Of a stretch of 52,346 nucleotides of DNA, positions 48,356 through 52,346 are shown piece by piece. The notes under the pieces were generated by a model. That model was not told where the DNA came from. It saw only the letters and a list, made by a program, of their open reading frames with translations, and made no database searches. The translations under genes were made by a program, and so were the position numbers. The first letter of the stretch is position 1. Each line of letters opens with the position of its first letter. The stretch is from an uncultured Victivallales bacterium (lineage in GTDB: Bacteria > Verrucomicrobiota > Kiritimatiellia > UBA8416 > CAYRKB01), in NCBI GenBank assembly GCA_964424705.1, contig CAYRKB010000006.1, positions 4,554 through 56,899 on the forward strand, given 5' to 3'.

Positions 48356-49212
48356 AGACCCTGGGCATTGTGGCAAACTGTTCAAAAGACCGGGCGCGGG
48401 ATGTCCTGCTGCGGCTCGTCCGGAAAGCCCGCGAGCTGGGGCTGGTCCTCAAGGCGGACGCGGACGCCGCGGCGCTGGTGAAGGGCGAATTGACGGCGTG
48501 CGCCGGAGACCTGGCGGACCAGGTCGACGCGATGGTCGCGCTCGGGGGCGACGGCACGATGCTGCGGGTCATGCGCCTTCTGGAAGGCCGCGACAGGCCG
48601 GTTATCGGCGTGAACCTGGGCAGCCTCGGCTTCCTGACGAGCGTCGCGGAGGAGTCGCTGGAGCACGCGCTTGAGTGCCTGGCGCAGGATCGCTACACCA
48701 CCAGCGAGCGAAGCATCGCGGAGTGCTCGGTGGCGCGCGGGGCGCATCAGATCGCCTTTTACCGCGCGCTGAACGATATCGTCGTGGCGCGCGGCGCAAC
48801 GCCGCGCGTGGTGACGCTGAACGTCTCCGTGGGCGGCGACCGCGTGACGTCGTACGTGTGCGACGGGCTGATCGTGGCCACGCCCACGGGCAGCACGGGG
48901 CATTCGATGTCTTCCGGCGGCCCGATCCTGGCGCCGGATTCCCCGGTGTTTGTCATCAGCCTGATCTGCCCGCACTCGCTGAGCTCCCGCCCGCTTGTTG
49001 TGCCGGACGGCGCGGAGATCGTCGTCACGGTCGAGAAGGCGGACGGCCCGCTCGTCCTGGCCGCGGACGGCCAGCCTGGCGTAAGTCTCGCCGCGGGGGA
49101 CCGTGTGGCCATCCGCCGCAGCGCCTGCGGCGTGCGGTTCATTCACCTGCCCGGATACAGCTACTTCGACGTGCTGCGCCGCAAACTGGGCTGGCGCGGG
49201 TCGAGCGTGTAG
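48352..49212 (+). CDS. nadK: NAD(+) kinase
   Basis: LGGDGT, GVNLGSLGFL, ALND, DGLIVATPTGST..S.S.GGPI, DGQ. Confidence 0.95.
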   Translation: MKTLGIVANCSKDRARDVLLRLVRKARELGLVLKADADAAALVKGELTACAGDLADQVDAMVALGGDGTMLRVMRLLEGRDRPVIGVNLGSLGFLTSVAEESLEHALECLAQDRYTTSERSIAECSVARGAHQIAFYRALNDIVVARGATPRVVTLNVSVGGDRVTSYVCDGLIVATPTGSTGHSMSSGGPILAPDSPVFVISLICPHSLSSRPLVVPDGAEIVVTVEKADGPLVLAADGQPGVSLAAGDRVAIRRSACGVRFIHLPGYSYFDVLRRKLGWRGSSV

Positions 49213-49228
49213 GCGCCTGCGGGCCGGG

Positions 49229-50551
49229 CTACGCGCGGCGGGCGGGCAGGCAGCTGGCGAGGTGTGCGACGTCGCGGCAGGTCTGCGCGCCGTCGGCGGC
49301 AAGGCGCGCCGCAAGGGCTGCTGCGGCGCGGGTGGGCGTGTAGTCCCGTGTGGCGATGCCGTCCATCAGGAACACGGGCTTGTTCAGCCTGCGCGCATCG
49401 CCGGCCAGCTCCAGGTTGGCGCAGTTGCCCGGCCCGAAGGGAACGGCGCTGACCACGACGGCGTCGCACCGGGCGACCATTGTGCGCGCCTGCGCGAGCG
49501 CCGCCGCGCCCATCGGCGAGAACGGCTTTTCCAGCGCGGCGGGAATGCCCATGGCCGCCGCCGCGATGGCGTCGCTGTCGCCCTCGTTGACCACGCCGCA
49601 GGTCAGCGTGTAATCCTGCAACAGCAGCCTCCGCAGGATTTCCTCTCCGCAGCCTCCGCCCGCGATGACGTGGATGTGGATGCCGCGGCCGGTGTGGGTC
49701 GCCGCCGGCCTGGGCGCGGGAAGGACCAGTACGGCGCCGCTGGCCGGGCTCACCTGCACGCGCACGTCGCAATGGTACACGCGGCGCAGCTGGTCCTCGG
49801 TGAGCACTTCCTGGGGAGTGCCGTCGGCGGCCAGCGTGCCGCCGTCGACGAGCAGAAGCCGGCTGCAGAATTCCGCGGCGAGGTTGAGGTCGTGGCTCAC
49901 GATCAGCACCGTCACGCCCTGCTCGCGGTTCATCCGCTCGACGATCTGCATGACCTCCATGCGATGGTTCATGTCGAGGTGCGAGGTCGGCTCGTCCATC
50001 AGGATAATCCGGGGCTGCTGGGCGAGGACCATGGCGATCACGGCGCGCTGCCGCTCGCCGCCGCTCATCTCGGTGAAGCGGCGGTCCTTCAGGTCGATCA
50101 CGTCGGTGTATGCCATCGCGCGCTCGACCATGCGGCGGTCTTCCGCGGACGGCGCGTGCCAGGGGCGGATGGCGGCGGTGCGGCCCATCATGACGATCTC
50201 GCCGACCGTGAACGCCATGGGTACTTCCATGTCCTGCGGCACGACGCCGACCAGGCGCGCCCGCTCGGCCGGGGAGAGACGGGAGACGTCGGTGCCAAAG
50301 AGCTGGAGCGAGCCGGCAAGGGGTGGCAGGAGGCCGGTGATCGCGCGCAGCAGCGTGGTCTTGCCCGCCCCGTTGGGCCCGATCAGCGCCGCGATGCATC
50401 CTTGCGGCAGGGCGAAGCTGACGTCGCGGATAACCGGCGCATGCCGGTAGCCCGCCGTCACATGTTTCAGTTCCAATGCCGTTTCTGCCGGCATCCCGGG
50501 GGATGCCGGCGGAAGGCCATCAGGCTGCAGGATGTCAGGAGCGCTGTGCAT
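49229..50551 (-). CDS. Cobalamin/iron-siderophore ABC ATPase (BtuD/FepC-like) with C-terminal extension; start uncertain
   Basis: GPNGAGKTT, MSGGERQR, MDEPTSHLD, SHDLNLAA; extension HVIAGGG..GVVNEGDSD. Confidence 0.9.
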   Translation of the reverse strand: MHSAPDILQPDGLPPASPGMPAETALELKHVTAGYRHAPVIRDVSFALPQGCIAALIGPNGAGKTTLLRAITGLLPPLAGSLQLFGTDVSRLSPAERARLVGVVPQDMEVPMAFTVGEIVMMGRTAAIRPWHAPSAEDRRMVERAMAYTDVIDLKDRRFTEMSGGERQRAVIAMVLAQQPRIILMDEPTSHLDMNHRMEVMQIVERMNREQGVTVLIVSHDLNLAAEFCSRLLLVDGGTLAADGTPQEVLTEDQLRRVYHCDVRVQVSPASGAVLVLPAPRPAATHTGRGIHIHVIAGGGCGEEILRRLLLQDYTLTCGVVNEGDSDAIAAAAMGIPAALEKPFSPMGAAALAQARTMVARCDAVVVSAVPFGPGNCANLELAGDARRLNKPVFLMDGIATRDYTPTRAAAALAARLAADGAQTCRDVAHLASCLPARRA

Positions 50552-50623
50552 TTCCGTCTGTTTGTACCTTATTCTGCGGTTCGTCAATCTGCGGTTCTGT
50601 TTCTGCCAATGGCCTACAGCTTC

Positions 50624-51601
50624 TCACCCGAACCAGCCCTGCTTCCGCCTGTGCCGGAGGATCAGGAGGAAAAATGGGCCGCCAAACGCAGCGGTGATAA
50701 CGCCCACGGGAATCTCGATCGGGGCCAGGATTGTGCGGGCAAGGGCATCACACAGCGCCAGGAAGACGCCGCCGCAGAGCGCGGCGGCCGGGATCAGGCG
50801 GCGGTGGTCGGGCCCGACCAGGCTGCGCATGACGTGGGGCACGATGAGCCCGACAAAGCCGATGAGCCCCGCCAGTCCGACGGCGGCCGCCGTAATGACC
50901 GTTGCCAGCGTCAGCCCCAGGGTCACGGTCAACCCCGTGCGCACGCCCACGTGATGCGCCGTCTCGGTCCCGAGGGTCATGGCATTGAGGTGCCCCGAGA
51001 GGAGCCAGGCCCCTGCGCATCCGGCCAGAATGAGAGCGGCGCAGATTGCCAGGAGCTCCGGCGTCGCGGGCTGGAGATTGCCGAGCAGCCACCACATCAC
51101 GTTGTGCATGCCTTCCGACGGAGCCATGGTGATGAGGAACATGAGGATGCTGGAACAGACGGAGCTGACGATCACGCCGCCGAGGATGAGGCCGTAGACC
51201 GAGGGGGTTCCGCCGTCCGAGGCGATGGCATACACCGCGGCGAGCGTCAGGGCGGAGGCCACGAAGGCGGCGCCGGGAAGGGCGAACGCGCTGTGCAGGG
51301 TGAGGCCGCCCAGGATGGCAGCCGCCGCGCCCAGCCCGGCGCCGCTGCTGACGCCAAGCACGTAGGGATCGGCCAGCGGGTTGCGCAGAAGAGCCTGCAG
51401 GACGACGCCGGCGCAGGCGAGCGCCGCCCCGACGACAAAGCCCGTCGCCACGCGGCTGGCGCGCAGCGCCAGAATGGTCTGCCCCTGGGGAGCGAAGAGC
51501 TCTCTCCACCCGATGTCGGACGCCCCGAAGAAAAGGCAGGCGACGAGGATGCAGAGGCCGCCTGCCGCAAGAAGGAGCAGAAACAGCGGGGAGCGTCTCA
51601 T
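50624..51601 (-). CDS. FecCD/BtuC-family ABC permease
   Basis: QALLRNPLADPYVLGVSSGA, IGFVGLIVPH, EIPVGVITA..GGPFF. Confidence 0.93.
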   Translation of the reverse strand: MRRSPLFLLLLAAGGLCILVACLFFGASDIGWRELFAPQGQTILALRASRVATGFVVGAALACAGVVLQALLRNPLADPYVLGVSSGAGLGAAAAILGGLTLHSAFALPGAAFVASALTLAAVYAIASDGGTPSVYGLILGGVIVSSVCSSILMFLITMAPSEGMHNVMWWLLGNLQPATPELLAICAALILAGCAGAWLLSGHLNAMTLGTETAHHVGVRTGLTVTLGLTLATVITAAAVGLAGLIGFVGLIVPHVMRSLVGPDHRRLIPAAALCGGVFLALCDALARTILAPIEIPVGVITAAFGGPFFLLILRHRRKQGWFG

Positions 51602-52344
51602 TGGCGAGCTCCTGCCGCAAGGGCGTCCCGGATGGCCTTGACGCCGTCCAGCACGCGCGGGCCGGGCCGGAGCACGACGTTGTTGTCGAAGCCCGCATAC
51701 ACCGCGCCGCGGCGCACGGCGTCGAGATGCTGCCAGCCGAAGCGCTTTAGCACCTGCTCTCGCACGCCAGCGTCATTTCCCGTGTAGAAGCACAGGATGA
51801 CGTCGGGATTTTGCGCGAGAACCCATTCGTCCGAGACGGTGAAGTATTCGCGCGCCACTTCGTCGCCGATATTGCGGCCGCCCGCCAGCGCCACGAGGTC
51901 GGAGATGAACGTGCCGCGGCCCACGGTGGTCAGCGGGTCGTTCCAGATTTCCACGTAGACCGACGGCCGGTTGGTGCCGCCTTCGCTCGCGCGGCGAAGG
52001 GCCTCGATCTGCGCGCGCAGCGAGTCGGCCAGGCGGCGGGCGGCCTCCTCCCGGTGCAGCAGGGCGCCGGCTTGCAGCAGCGCCTCAGGGATGTCGGCGA
52101 GGCCACGGCAGCGGATGTGCTCGCGCCGCAGCCCGGCCGACTTCAGCTGCGCGCCGAGGGCCTCGTCCGCGAGGTCCACGTCGAGCACGAGCGTGGGGCG
52201 GGCGGCGATGAGGAGCTCGAGCGATGGCGTCCCGAAGCCGCCGATCACCGGAGTTTTCGCCACGACGACAGGCGGATAACCGCAGGCGGACGTCCGGCCG
52301 ACCACCAGGTCGCGGGGGAAGCGCTGCCCCAGCCCCGAAGTGAC
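51598..52344 (-). CDS. BtuF-like substrate-binding protein (5' end outside the window)
   Basis: VGRT..C.YP, PSLE.L....P.LV, YVEIW.DPL.T.G..TFI, NPDVI, RPGPR; frame open to the window edge. Confidence 0.85.
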   Translation of the reverse strand, partial: VTSGLGQRFPRDLVVGRTSACGYPPVVVAKTPVIGGFGTPSLELLIAARPTLVLDVDLADEALGAQLKSAGLRREHIRCRGLADIPEALLQAGALLHREEAARRLADSLRAQIEALRRASEGGTNRPSVYVEIWNDPLTTVGRGTFISDLVALAGGRNIGDEVAREYFTVSDEWVLAQNPDVILCFYTGNDAGVREQVLKRFGWQHLDAVRRGAVYAGFDNNVVLRPGPRVLDGVKAIRDALAAGARQ

Positions 52345-52346
52345 CA

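Noticed and set aside
45563-48385. 1307-aa minus-strand ORF as one giant protein
   Set aside because: Only 44462-45562 has ABC motifs. The rest is the antisense shadow of dxs and tlyA in GC-rich DNA.
49103-51787. 894-aa plus-strand ORF
   Set aside because: It is antisense to well-supported ABC transporter genes and has no recognisable motifs.
52306-52346. Atypical residues upstream of VVGRTSAC in the BtuF-like gene
   Set aside because: There is too little sequence at the window edge to separate a frameshift or contig-end artefact from real divergence.

Overview
GC-rich bacterial window; the gene mix suggests a PVC-superphylum anaerobe, possibly Kiritimatiellae- or Lentisphaerae-like (inference only). 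Three parts. (1) About 1-24 kb, all + strand: the distal part of a large surface/exopolysaccharide locus with an FkbH-like protein, about eight glycosyltransferases, a CapK/phenylacetate-CoA-ligase-like enzyme, three SGNH proteins, two deacetylases, methyl- and acetyltransferases and a DUF218 protein. (2) About 24-33.5 kb: an ExeA/MshM-like ATPase, a GspB/GspC-like protein, a secretin and a TPR protein, then a two-component system, a secreted FN3-like repeat protein and queE. (3) About 33.5-52 kb: housekeeping genes (RluA family, Rsm22-like, AMMECR1, ettA, recQ, etfBA, dxs-tlyA-nadK, Btu-like ABC importer). The most unusual signal is confined to the polysaccharide locus. Several families of 7-bp tandem arrays, often as inverted pairs, sit in frame inside at least five enzymes. 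A GxxExxY (PD-(D/E)XK-like) gene is bracketed by a perfect 28-bp inverted repeat with 8-bp periodicity, and there is an apparent empty IR pair, a REP-like hairpin before a nucleotidyltransferase pair, a G9-frameshifted methyltransferase and a 185-bp gene-start duplication. Together these suggest a repeat-based insertion/diversification system acting on this locus (hypothesis). I saw no rRNA, tRNA, CRISPR array or transposase.
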